A stretch of 64,000 nt of DNA from the NCBI GenBank assembly GCA_965222075.1, contig OZ244937.1:3936001-4000000 (forward strand), read 5' to 3'. Origin of the DNA: Candidatus Latescibacterota bacterium. GTDB taxonomy: Bacteria > Latescibacterota > UBA2968 > GCA-2709665. Below are positions 17,962 to 27,033 of the stretch, piece after piece; the stretch's first letter is position 1; every line of letters begins with the position of its first letter. A program made the translations under genes and the position numbers. The notes beneath the pieces are model-generated. The model saw nothing but the letters and a program-made list of their open reading frames with translations. It was not told where the DNA came from and did no database searches.

Positions 17962-19845
17962 ATGGCCGAAGAAATGGTCGAAACAACGGTCGAAACAACG
18001 GTCGAAACAACGGTCCAGGAACTGGCGGAGCTGGAATCCGTAGCCGTCCGCTTTGCCGGAGATTCCGGCGATGGCAGTCAGCTGATCGGTGGTGAGTTCG
18101 CCAACACCTCTGCCATTGTCGGCAACGACATCAGCACCATGCCCGACTTTCCGGCGGAGATCCGCGCCCCTGCCGGCACCCTGCCCGGCGTCAGCGGGTT
18201 CCAGGTCCACATAGCCGGTGAAGACATCTACACCCCCGGCGACAACCCCCAGGTGCTGGTTGCCATGAATCCGGCCGCCCTGAAGGTCAACATAGACGAC
18301 ATGCCCCCCGGCGCCGTTATCGTTGTCAACAAAGACAACTTTACCAAGAACAACCTCCGCAAGGCCGGCTACACTACCAACCCCCTCGAAGACGGATCGC
18401 TGAAGGACTACCGGGTCTGTGAAGTCCCGCTGACAACCCTCCATAAAAACGCCATGGAGGGAGTTGAAGGTCTCACCAACCGCCAGATCGACATGATGAA
18501 AAACATGTTCGCCCTCGGGCTCAGCTACTGGATATTCGACCGGCCCCTGGAGCCTACGATCAGGATGCTGGAAAAGAAATTTATCAGCCGACCCGCCATC
18601 GTCGAGGGAAACGTTCGCACCCTGAAGGCCGGGTACCACTACGGGGAAACCACCGAAGAGTTTCAGCTTCGCTACCGGGTGCTCAAGGCCCCGGTCCTGC
18701 CCGGCACCTACCGGGCCGTAAACGGCGCCCAGGCAACGGCGATGGGCTTTGCCACTGCGGCCCATAAGGCAGGCAAGACCCTCTTCTACGGAAGCTACCC
18801 GATCACCCCGGCCAGCGCCATCTTAGAAGAACTGGCCGCCCTCAAAAACTTCGACGTGCGGACCTTTCAGGCGGAAGACGAGATCGCCGCGGTCGGCTCG
18901 GCAATCGGCGCAGCCTTCGGAGGCGCCTTTGCGGCAACCGGCACCAGCGGCCCGGGCGTGGCGCTTAAAAGCGAGGCAATCAACCTGGCCGTTGTGCTGG
19001 AACTGCCCCTGGTGATCGCCAACTACCAGCGGGGAGGCCCCAGCACCGGCCTGCCCACAAAGGTCGAGCAGTCCGACCTGCTCCAGTGCCTCTTCGGCCG
19101 CAACGGCGAAAGCCCCATCCCGATGGTCGCCGCTGCAACCCCGGCCGAATGCTTTGCCATGGCCATCGAGGCCTTCCGCATCGCCGTGGAGAGCATGACG
19201 CCGGTCTTCTTTATGGCCGACGGCTACTTGGTCACCAGTTCGGAGCCCTGGAAGATCCCGGACCCGGACGACATCCCACCGATTCAGGTTGAGTACCGCA
19301 CCGACCCGGAGGGCTTCCAGCCCTATCTCAGACATCCCGAAACCCTGTCACGGCCCTGGGCCCTGCCCGGCACCCCCGGCCTGGAGCACCGCATCGGCGG
19401 GCTGGGCAAACAGGACATCACCGGGAACGTCTCCTACGACCCTCAGGACCACGAGCACATCGTCAAATTGCGGGCGGACAAGATCGCCAGAATCGCCGAC
19501 CGCATCCCCCAACAGGAGGTGCTTGGGCCGCCCGACGGAGACCTGCTCGTCGTCGGCTGGGGCAGCACCTACGGCGCCATCCGCACGGCCGTGCGGATGG
19601 CCCAAGCCCGGGGCAGATCGGTCGCCAGCGCCCACCTGAGGTACCTCAACCCCTTCCCGAAGAACCTGGCTGATATCCTCTCGCGCTACAAGAAGATCCT
19701 GGTGCCCGAAATGAACATGGGCCAGCTTGCCCTGCTGCTTCAGGGCCGCTACCTGGTCCAGGTCACCTCCTATCCCAAAGTGCAGGGGCAGCCCTTTAAG
19801 ATCTCCGAGATCGCCCGTAAAATCGACGAGATGTTGGAAGCATAG
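17962..19845 (+). CDS. korA: 2-oxoacid:ferredoxin oxidoreductase alpha subunit (fused gamma-alpha)
   Basis: FAGDSGDG, YPITPAS, QAEDEIAA, TSGPG, QRGGPSTGLPTK; ATG 17962 after AGGAGG. Confidence 0.92.
   Translation: MAEEMVETTVETTVETTVQELAELESVAVRFAGDSGDGSQLIGGEFANTSAIVGNDISTMPDFPAEIRAPAGTLPGVSGFQVHIAGEDIYTPGDNPQVLVAMNPAALKVNIDDMPPGAVIVVNKDNFTKNNLRKAGYTTNPLEDGSLKDYRVCEVPLTTLHKNAMEGVEGLTNRQIDMMKNMFALGLSYWIFDRPLEPTIRMLEKKFISRPAIVEGNVRTLKAGYHYGETTEEFQLRYRVLKAPVLPGTYRAVNGAQATAMGFATAAHKAGKTLFYGSYPITPASAILEELAALKNFDVRTFQAEDEIAAVGSAIGAAFGGAFAATGTSGPGVALKSEAINLAVVLELPLVIANYQRGGPSTGLPTKVEQSDLLQCLFGRNGESPIPMVAAATPAECFAMAIEAFRIAVESMTPVFFMADGYLVTSSEPWKIPDPDDIPPIQVEYRTDPEGFQPYLRHPETLSRPWALPGTPGLEHRIGGLGKQDITGNVSYDPQDHEHIVKLRADKIARIADRIPQQEVLGPPDGDLLVVGWGSTYGAIRTAVRMAQARGRSVASAHLRYLNPFPKNLADILSRYKKILVPEMNMGQLALLLQGRYLVQVTSYPKVQGQPFKISEIARKIDEMLEA
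17976..18015 (+). repeat. 12-bp tandem repeat (3.3 copies) encoding VETT in the KorA N-terminus
   Basis: GGTCGAAACAAC x3 followed by GGTC. Confidence 0.9.
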
Positions 19846-19882
19846 CCACCTATCCACCCGGATATGACCTGGAGAAAAACGA

Positions 19883-20917
19883 ATGGCCGAAGCCGCAGTG
19901 AAAACAGAAAATCTGACGCGAAAGAACTTTGTATCCGACCAGGCGGTTCGCTGGTGCCCCGGCTGTGGAGACTATGCAATTCTGGCCCAGATGCAGCGGA
20001 TGCTGCCGGAGTTGGGGATTCCAAAGGAAAAGCTCGTATTCGTCTCCGGCATCGGCTGTTCCAGCCGGTTCCCTTACTACATGAACACCTACGGCATCCA
20101 CTCCGTCCACGGGCGCGCGCCAACCCTGGCCACAGGGTTGAAAGTGGCCAATCCCGACCTGCACATCTGGGTCATCACCGGCGACGGCGACGGCCTGTCG
20201 ATCGGCGGCAACCACCTGCTCCATGCCATGCGCAGGAACGTGGACCTGAACATCATCCTCTTCAACAACCGCATCTACGGTCTCACAAAGGGGCAGTATT
20301 CACCTACCTCCCTGCCGGGGCACGTCACCTATTCCTCCCCGATGGGGTCCATCGAACAGTCGTTCAATCCGACCTCGGTCGCCATTGGCGCTGAAGCGAC
20401 CTTTGTGGCGCGCGCGGTGGACAGAAACACGAAACACCTGGCCGAAATACTCCGCCGTGCGGCCGAGCACAGAGGCACCTCCTTTGTGGAGATCTATCAG
20501 AACTGCAACATCTACAACGACGGCGCCTGGTTCTACATGACCGAAGGCGACAACAAAGAGGAGAATGTCCTCTACTTAGAGCACGGGAGTCCTATGGTTT
20601 TTGGGAAAGGTCGGAACAGGGGCATCTGTCTGGACGGCCTCCAGCCTGAAATCGTCACCCTGGACAACGGCATCGGCGAAGACGACCTGTTGGTCCACGA
20701 TGAACATGCGGAGCAGCCGGCCCTGGCCTATCTGTTAAGTCGGATGGACCACCCTCAATTTCCGGTCCCTCTGGGTGTCTTCAGGTCCGTTGAACGCCCG
20801 ACCTATGAAAACCAGCTCGTCGAGCAGGGGAAAACGGCCGTCGAGCAGAAGGGGCAGGGACACCTGGCGGACCTTTACAAGTCGGCCTACACCTGGACCG
20901 TCCCGGGCGACTCCTGA
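19883..20917 (+). CDS. korB: 2-oxoacid:ferredoxin oxidoreductase beta subunit
   Basis: WCPGCGD, GIGCSSR, HGRA, TGDGD, YGLTKGQYSPTS. Confidence 0.93.
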   Translation: MAEAAVKTENLTRKNFVSDQAVRWCPGCGDYAILAQMQRMLPELGIPKEKLVFVSGIGCSSRFPYYMNTYGIHSVHGRAPTLATGLKVANPDLHIWVITGDGDGLSIGGNHLLHAMRRNVDLNIILFNNRIYGLTKGQYSPTSLPGHVTYSSPMGSIEQSFNPTSVAIGAEATFVARAVDRNTKHLAEILRRAAEHRGTSFVEIYQNCNIYNDGAWFYMTEGDNKEENVLYLEHGSPMVFGKGRNRGICLDGLQPEIVTLDNGIGEDDLLVHDEHAEQPALAYLLSRMDHPQFPVPLGVFRSVERPTYENQLVEQGKTAVEQKGQGHLADLYKSAYTWTVPGDS

Positions 20918-20929
20918 AAGAGGGACGTT

Positions 20930-21454
20930 ATGGAGTGTCCAGCCTGCGACTATGAAAACATCCCGGGCGCGGATGTCTGTAAGGCGTGCGGTGTGAGTCT
21001 CACTCACGAGGACCTGCTGGCTCCAGCGGAGGATGAACACCACAGCATCCTGACGGACCCGATCTCTGTGCTCAACCCGCCGGCCCCGGAGTGTGTCTCG
21101 TCGGATACGTCGGTCGCCGAGGCGGTCTCCCGGATGCAGGAGAAACGCGTGGGGTGTGTTCTCGTAACGGATAACGACGGAAGGCTGATCGGCGTCTTCA
21201 CCGAACGCGACGTGCTCTACAGGGTCGCCTGCCAGATCCGCGACCTCTCCTGTATTTCCGTCGGAAGCCTGATGGTGCCCCAGCCAACGGCCCTGAAGCT
21301 CTCCGCGCCCATTGCCTATGCCCTCCACCTGATGTCCATCCACGGATTCCGCCACATCCCCCTGGTCGACGACGGTGGAAAACCGATAGGGATCACCTCG
21401 TTTCGGGGTGTCGTCGATTTCATCGGAAAGCTTCGTTCAGCCCATTCCTCCTGA
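20930..21454 (+). CDS. zinc-ribbon + CBS-domain protein
   Basis: CPAC...CKAC N-terminus, IGVFTERDVL, FRHIPLVD. Confidence 0.85.
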   Translation: MECPACDYENIPGADVCKACGVSLTHEDLLAPAEDEHHSILTDPISVLNPPAPECVSSDTSVAEAVSRMQEKRVGCVLVTDNDGRLIGVFTERDVLYRVACQIRDLSCISVGSLMVPQPTALKLSAPIAYALHLMSIHGFRHIPLVDDGGKPIGITSFRGVVDFIGKLRSAHSS

Positions 21455-21550
21455 CGGGTTCCGGTCATCCCTCACATCCAGAAAACACAGGACCCACGAA
21501 ACGTAAGATCCGTGGGCTGTATTTCTGTACTCGGGAAATGGGCATTCGTA

Positions 21551-21617
21551 TTGGCAGATTGTCCTCCAGCGCGTATACTACTCCAGCAGACCACGAACAG
21601 GAGAGGAGACCGCCATG
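21551..21617 (+). promoter_or_regulatory. orphan promoter + RBS + ATG facing the 3' end of the M14 gene
   Basis: TTGGCA-17 bp-TATACT, then GAGGAG and ATG at 21615. Confidence 0.45.
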
Positions 21618-21629
21618 GACAAAAGTCGC

Positions 21630-22379
21630 TCACGTTCCGCTGAGAGAGACGCAGTGCGCCTCGATAATCGTCTCCAGAGCAATCAGATGCGCCTGCACGC
21701 GGCGCGCCATCGGCTCTCCGGTCGGCGTCTCGGACGTGATTAGATGGTCGGTATACTTCTGCTGAAACAGTGCAATCGGAATCCCCTCCCCCTTCCGCCG
21801 CCTCTCTACCGCCAGGTTCGGAAAAATCACCCCGTTTTGCGCCGCCTCATTTTCAATCGTCGTATTCATATTCAACGGACAAACCTCGGAAACCCGGCGG
21901 GTGACCTCCCGGCCGATCGACAGCCTGCCTCGAAATTGTTCGTACAAATAGTACCCCGGACTCTCCCAGTCCTCGTGCAGATCGACCACGGCCTCGAACT
22001 CCCGGTCTTTGACAAAATCTCGAATAATATCAATCTCGGGGACATCGTTCCGCAAAAATGCCCAGTTAATATCGGTTTCCTGACCGTTAAGCCGGGTTTC
22101 GTGGACATAGCCGTAGGAATTTAAGCAGGGAATCACCTCGAATTGAAGCTGCCCCAGCCACCGGCTCTGGTCCGCCTCCAAAAAGGCCAGCGCTCCTTCC
22201 ACACCGGCCGGCTCGTCTCCGTGGGTGCCGCCGTTAATAAAAAAAACCGGACGCGAAGCATCCTCAGAAAGCCTCACCCCGTAGATCGGATATCCCCCCG
22301 CCTCGCCCAGAACGCGGGAATCGGCATCTAATAGCGCCTCCACCCGGCGGACGATATTCCCGTAATCTCGCATTCTCAC
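21630..22379 (-). CDS. M14 family metallocarboxypeptidase / succinylglutamate desuccinylase-like
   Basis: GTHGDEPAG, TRLN...DINW, DLHEDWE, SETP. Confidence 0.85.
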   Translation of the reverse strand: MRMRDYGNIVRRVEALLDADSRVLGEAGGYPIYGVRLSEDASRPVFFINGGTHGDEPAGVEGALAFLEADQSRWLGQLQFEVIPCLNSYGYVHETRLNGQETDINWAFLRNDVPEIDIIRDFVKDREFEAVVDLHEDWESPGYYLYEQFRGRLSIGREVTRRVSEVCPLNMNTTIENEAAQNGVIFPNLAVERRRKGEGIPIALFQQKYTDHLITSETPTGEPMARRVQAHLIALETIIEAHCVSLSGT

Positions 22380-22405
22380 CCCTTGTTATAAATGCGCTTG
22401 CGGTC

Positions 22406-22440
22406 GGGGACTCACCAGGAATTTTAAGACAGTTTCTTAG
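22406..22440 (-). mobile_element. solo end of a MITE-like element also present at 56251-56360
   Basis: reverse complement CTAAGAAACTGTCTTAAAATTCCTGGTGAGTCCCC is close to CTGAGAAGCTGTTTTAAAATTCCCGGTGAGTTCCCC at 56249. Confidence 0.6.
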
Positions 22441-22476
22441 AAAAGGCCCCTGGATAAACAGCATCTCCAGAGGCCT
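22441..22476 (-). terminator. intrinsic terminator after the S1/P1-like gene
   Basis: AGGCCTCTGGA/TCCAGGGGCCT hairpin followed by a short T tract. Confidence 0.55.
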
Positions 22477-22498
22477 GTCGCGTGTCACCCAACCGCCT

Positions 22499-23407
22499 CT
22501 ATCGGTCCGTCAGCCCGTCGACCTCTGCGCGATCCACCCAGCTCTCGAACCCGACCTGGCCGGACAGCCTCCAGGCCGTCAGATAGAGCGCAGCCGTAAA
22601 CCGCGTGGCCTCACGGGCCCGACCGGTTCCAAAATCGACCACCTCGGGCACGGGTTCCCATTCCCCTTGGCCGGCAGGCGGCAGGCGGTCTTCCATTTCA
22701 TAGACCCGGTCGATCAGAGAGCTGCTCGCTTCAATCTGAGCAAAAATACCGGCCATCAGATCGTCAATTGGTTCGATCTTCTGATCCCGGGCAAGGTCGT
22801 CCGGTTTGAGCCCCAACCTTCGGACCAGATCGTCGACCTTAAAATGGATCCCCGTGCGCTGGAACGTCCCATCCGGTTTTGGCCTGCCGTCATAGTGCAT
22901 CGTCACGTGCAGAGGCTGGCACAGATCCTGCGCGTAGTGGGCGATAAAACCGGCATAAACCAGGCACTTCTGTTGAATGTAGGGATTCTCGGGCCACTTC
23001 CGGTGCTCCGCAAAGGCCACGGCCAGGCGCTGTGTCCATTCGGCAACCGCATAGGGCAGAAACCCCACGTCTTCCGGCCTGACGCTCTGTTCGGCGCAAA
23101 ACTGGACGAACGAATACCGATCTTTGGGCAGATCGCGATCTCCTTCCTTCAAACGTTCTGGATTCAAATAGTGCTCCGGGTTTTCGGCCCTGCGCACCAG
23201 GGGCGTACCCCGGTTTTTCGCCAGATCCGGATCCCATACACAGTGGGCAATCGCGCCTCCTCCGGAACGGAAAAATTCCGGCACCTCTTCGGGTAGGGCC
23301 TTCGCCGCTGCCCGGCTCAGAATGCTGTGCCCCCGCGGCCACCAGCCCCAGGCCGGAGGCCCGCTCACCAGCAAAGCCAGGAGCAGAACTGTCAAAAAGC
23401 GTCCCAT
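22499..23407 (-). CDS. secreted S1/P1 nuclease / Zn-dependent phospholipase C-like protein
   Basis: signal peptide then W-x3-GH, PD, PEHY, HYAQDLCQPLH, IHFKVD Zn ligands. Confidence 0.8.
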   Translation of the reverse strand: MGRFLTVLLLALLVSGPPAWGWWPRGHSILSRAAAKALPEEVPEFFRSGGGAIAHCVWDPDLAKNRGTPLVRRAENPEHYLNPERLKEGDRDLPKDRYSFVQFCAEQSVRPEDVGFLPYAVAEWTQRLAVAFAEHRKWPENPYIQQKCLVYAGFIAHYAQDLCQPLHVTMHYDGRPKPDGTFQRTGIHFKVDDLVRRLGLKPDDLARDQKIEPIDDLMAGIFAQIEASSSLIDRVYEMEDRLPPAGQGEWEPVPEVVDFGTGRAREATRFTAALYLTAWRLSGQVGFESWVDRAEVDGLTDR

Positions 23408-23414
23408 TTTTCTG

Positions 23415-23443
23415 TTGACTCCTTCCGGGAAATGGCGTATTCT
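23415..23443 (+). promoter_or_regulatory. sigma70-type promoter of the candidate sRNA
   Basis: TTGACT-17 bp-TATTCT. Confidence 0.6.
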
Positions 23444-23449
23444 TAAGTT

Positions 23450-23614
23450 GTCGAGCGGTTGTGAGAAAATAGACGTTCATCGGCCAACAGAACGGATGCG
23501 CGGGAGGCTTTTCTGAGGGGAGTGTAAGTCCTCGACGTGGATGTCCCTGTCGGCCGATGGCCTCTTTCCAGCACCTGCCCCCATTCTCTTGCAGGATGGG
23601 TCGGTGCTTTTTTT
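23450..23614 (+). ncRNA. candidate structured small RNA (~165 nt), family not recognised
   Basis: own promoter, long stem CATCGGCCAACAG/CTGTCGGCCGATG, terminator hairpin plus T7, no credible ORF. Confidence 0.5.
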
Positions 23615-23704
23615 ATGCCCCTGAGAATGGATCTCAGCCATCGAAAGGCTTCCGGAGTAAGGTATGCGATCTACATCACCGGGCTCTTTTTGGCAACGCC
23701 AACG

Positions 23705-23738
23705 AAAAAGGCGGGGGGCCAGTTGATGGCCCTCCGCC
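23705..23738 (-). terminator. intrinsic terminator after tRNA-Sec
   Basis: GGCGGAGGGCCA/TGGCCCCCCGCC hairpin followed by T5. Confidence 0.75.
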
Positions 23739-23744
23739 GATTCC

Positions 23745-23842
23745 TGGCGGGAATGTGTGGGAATCGAACCCACCCAGCGTGGGATTAGCACGCCGCAACG
23801 GGTTTGAAGCCCGCGAGGGCCACCAGTGCCCCATCCATTCCC
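23745..23842 (-). tRNA. selC: tRNA-Sec (anticodon UCA)
   Basis: 98 nt GGGAATGG...ACATTCCCGCCA; anticodon arm CGGG-CTTCAAA-CCCG; long variable arm; T arm GTGGG-TTCGATT-CCCAC; directly after selD. Confidence 0.95.
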
Positions 23843-23859
23843 GCGCAAATCGGTAAACA

Positions 23860-24909
23860 TCAGGGCAAAACCTCGATCTCCCCCGGATGTTCCGCCCCCG
23901 TCTCACCCACCAGTGCGGCCTCTAATCCCGCGGCCTTCAACTTTGAAAGCAGGGCCTCGGCTGGCTCCGCCGGCAGGGCGATCAACAGTCCGCCCGACGT
24001 CTGCGGATCAAAAAGCAGGCGCCGGAAAGCCTCCGGAATCTCCTCCGCCATCCGTACAAAGGGATCAAACGTGAGCCGGTTGCGCCGCAGCCCGCCCCCC
24101 TGCCGCTTTTTGGCAATCCGGTATGCTAAGTCAAAATACGGGATCTCCGAGGACCAAAACCGCAGCCCCACCCCGCTTCCTCGGGCCATCTCCCGGCCGT
24201 GGCCCAGCAGGCCGAACCCCGTAATATCCGTACAGGCGTGCGCCCCGTGCGCGGCCATTTGCGCGGAAGCCGCATCGTTCAGCCGGACCATAGACGCCGC
24301 AGCTGGCTGCATCTCCTCCTCGGAGATCTCGCCGCTCTTGTAGGCGTCGGAGACCAGCCCCGTTCCCAGCGGCTTGGTCAGAACCAGCCGGTCACCCGGC
24401 TGCGCTCCCGCATTCGTCACCACCCGGTCCGGGTGCACCATCCCTGTTACTGCAAGCCCGTACTTCGGCTCCACATCCTCCACCGTGTGCCCCCCCACCA
24501 GCACGGCCCCCGCCTCGGTCACCTTGTCCTGTCCCCCCCGCAGGATCTCCGCCACCACCTCGGAGTCGACCTCGTCGCTTGGGAATCCGCAGATGTTCAA
24601 GGCCGTAATCGGCCGCCCCCCCATCGCGTACACGTCGCTTAAGGAATTGGCGGCCGCCACCTGTCCGTACAGGTAGGGATCGTCCACGATCGGCGTGAAA
24701 AAATCGACCGTCTGGATCAGTGCCACATCCGCCGACACCCGGAACACTCCCGCGTCGTCGGCCGTGCTCAGCCCCACGAGCAGGTCGGGGTGGTTGATCC
24801 TGGGCAGATCTTTTAAAATCGCATCCAGCACCGCCGGATCCAGTTTGGACGCTCAACCGCCGCAGCTTACCATCTGTGTGAGCCGCTTCGCCTTCTTCCG
24901 CCACTTCAT
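23860..24909 (-). CDS. selD: selenide, water dikinase (selenophosphate synthetase), selenoprotein with Sec19
   Basis: ATG 24909 after GGAG reads MKWRKKAKRLTQMVSCGG-TGA(24855-24853)-ASKLDPAVL, in frame with DDAGV, QTVDFFTP, ANSLSDVYAMGG, DITGFGLLGH, DPQTSGGLL. Confidence 0.93.
24823..24852 (-). promoter_or_regulatory. putative bacterial SECIS element of selD
   Basis: hairpin ATCCGGC-GGT-GCTGGAT with a G-led apical loop 20 nt 3' of the UGA. Confidence 0.6.
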
Positions 24910-24991
24910 CGGCTATCTCCCTTTCGCCAGTTCTGCATTTTCTTTCTCCAGTTACACCTTCTGCCAGCCGTAATCCACATCCCCCTCATAT

Positions 24992-25020
24992 AAAATACAT
25001 CACCTTTCCCTCACTGTCAA
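24992..25020 (-). promoter_or_regulatory. sigma70-type promoter for selD-selC
   Basis: TTGACA-17 bp-TATTTT. Confidence 0.6.
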
Positions 25021-25044
25021 CGCAGCAGAGAAGGCCTTCGAGGG

Positions 25045-26949
25045 TCAAATCGCCCCTTTAAGCACCCGCACATCCCCCTCCCGGACCGTCACGCCCCGAT
25101 TGTCAAAATAATTCAACAGCGGAACCGCGTATTTGCGCGTCGTCCCCACCAAGTCCCGGAACGCGGACACCTCAATCCTCCCGTGCGTCTTCAAATACCC
25201 CACAAGCTCCCGTTCGACCCCCGCCAGCACGTCCGGATCAAACAGGAGACTCTCCTCCAGCCGGACCAGGTCCCCCATCGTCTGCATCGCAGCCACAACG
25301 GCCCGGACCGCCTCCGGATCGCCCGCCGCCTTTGAGGAAAGCTCCTGAAGGTCGGGCGGCGCTGCCTTTCCCTCCTGGATCAGCCCCCGAATCGACGCCC
25401 GAAGACCGTCTTGCTCCGGCGTCAACCGGATGCGGTGATCGGCTGTGCTCAGTAGGGGGCCGTCCGCTTTTAACGCACCCGTCTGAAGCAGGTGCTCGAT
25501 CCCCTGCTCGTAAACCTCCGGAGGAGGCCCCCCATCCACCTGAAGGCGAAGCTCATCGCGCCGGATGCCCGCACGCAGTGGGTGGCCGCTGTGAAAGGCC
25601 GCCAAGGCATCCTGGATACGCTTAAGCAGGTCCTCCCAGGCGCTGGCATCCATGTAAAAATCCTGTCCCGTCTGGCGGTAGGTAACAGCATGCCCTCCAT
25701 CTAACAGTGCCTGCAGCCGTTTTTTTAGCTCTGCCGACGCCATCCCCATCTCCGAGGCCAGGGCCTGCATCGACCGGGGCCTGAAACCGGCCGTTTTCAG
25801 GCGCAGCGCCAGCACCCGCGTGGGGTCGTCCTGCTCCAGCCCCCGGAGGGTTTGCAGCACCTCTTCGCGAAACCTTCCATGCTTCGTCGGCTGGGGGTCC
25901 AGCACAATACCTCCCCCCAGCGTCTGCACCGGCGAATACCGGCGAATCACGAACCGGTCGCCCCGGGCGGCCACCCCGGGCGACTCTAAGCGGAACTGCA
26001 CGAGCTGAGCTTCGCCGGGCAGGAGCTCCTCCGCCTCCAGCAGGACCACCCGGGCCAGCACCTCCCTTGGTCCCAAATGGAGGTGCACCCGGGCACGATT
26101 CTTCAGGGAGACCGGCGCGTCTGAAAGCAGATGCAGCCGGGCATCGATCATATAGGTCGAACTGAAATACCCCGGCTGCGACAGGATATCTCCCCGCGCC
26201 ACCTCCTCCACCTCCACATCGGCTAAGTTAAGCGCCGCCCGGTCCCCCACCTCTGCCCCTTCCTCATCTCTGCCGTGAATCTGTACCCCGCGCACCCGCA
26301 GTGGCCTGTCCGCCGGTAGCAGCACCACCTTGTCCTTGAGCCCCACCTGCCCCGACAGCACCGTCCCCGTCACAACCGTACCGAACCCCCGAACCGAAAA
26401 CACCCGGTCCACGGACAGCCGGAAAATCCCCCGGTCGGGCCGCTCCTCTACCCGCGCGATCTCCGCCTCCAGCAACGACCGGAGCTCGTCAATTCCCTCC
26501 CCGGTTGTGGACGACACGGCAACCATCGGCGCCCCTTCCAGGAAGGTCCCCTCAAACAGATCCTCTAAGTCCTCCATCACCAGACAGACCCACTCCTCCT
26601 CCACCAGGTCGACCTTGGTCAGCGCCACAATCCCCCGGCGCACCCCCAGCAAGTTCAGGATCCCCAAATGTTCCCGGGTCTGCGGCATCGCCCCGTCGTC
26701 CGCCGCCACCACAAACAGGGCCAGGTCCACCGTGCAGACCCCCGTCACCATATTCTTCACAAAACGCTCGTGGCCCGGCACATCGATAATTGTCACGTTA
26801 TCTTTCCAGTACGCAAACCCAATATCGATCGTCACCCCCCGCGCCTGCTCTTCCGGCAGCGTATCGGTATCAATACCCGTAAGCGCCTTGATCAGGGCGG
26901 TCTTGCCGTGGTCGATATGTCCGGCCGTGCCAATGATCACATGCGACAT
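25045..26949 (-). CDS. selB: selenocysteine-specific translation elongation factor
   Basis: GTAGHIDHGKT, DVPGHERFVKNM, C-terminal winged helix TTRKYAVPLLNYFD. Confidence 0.96.
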   Translation of the reverse strand: MSHVIIGTAGHIDHGKTALIKALTGIDTDTLPEEQARGVTIDIGFAYWKDNVTIIDVPGHERFVKNMVTGVCTVDLALFVVAADDGAMPQTREHLGILNLLGVRRGIVALTKVDLVEEEWVCLVMEDLEDLFEGTFLEGAPMVAVSSTTGEGIDELRSLLEAEIARVEERPDRGIFRLSVDRVFSVRGFGTVVTGTVLSGQVGLKDKVVLLPADRPLRVRGVQIHGRDEEGAEVGDRAALNLADVEVEEVARGDILSQPGYFSSTYMIDARLHLLSDAPVSLKNRARVHLHLGPREVLARVVLLEAEELLPGEAQLVQFRLESPGVAARGDRFVIRRYSPVQTLGGGIVLDPQPTKHGRFREEVLQTLRGLEQDDPTRVLALRLKTAGFRPRSMQALASEMGMASAELKKRLQALLDGGHAVTYRQTGQDFYMDASAWEDLLKRIQDALAAFHSGHPLRAGIRRDELRLQVDGGPPPEVYEQGIEHLLQTGALKADGPLLSTADHRIRLTPEQDGLRASIRGLIQEGKAAPPDLQELSSKAAGDPEAVRAVVAAMQTMGDLVRLEESLLFDPDVLAGVERELVGYLKTHGRIEVSAFRDLVGTTRKYAVPLLNYFDNRGVTVREGDVRVLKGAI

Positions 26950-27033
26950 AATCGCCCGCTCATCTCTCCCCAAATCTGAAGAACCTAAAAAACACCCTTG
27001 ACTTTCTTAGAAGCTGTTCATCTGTGGTTGCCT

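Noticed and set aside
20915-20932. korB TGA is in frame with the downstream CBS gene (possible Sec read-through fusion)
   Set aside because: KorB ends at its normal length, the CBS gene has its own RBS-like GAGGG and ATG, and no SECIS is evident
23496-23624. Tiny ORF MRGRLF-UGA-GEC (UxxC-like) next to the Sec locus
   Set aside because: No RBS, the read-through frame runs past the terminator, and the region is better explained as RNA structure
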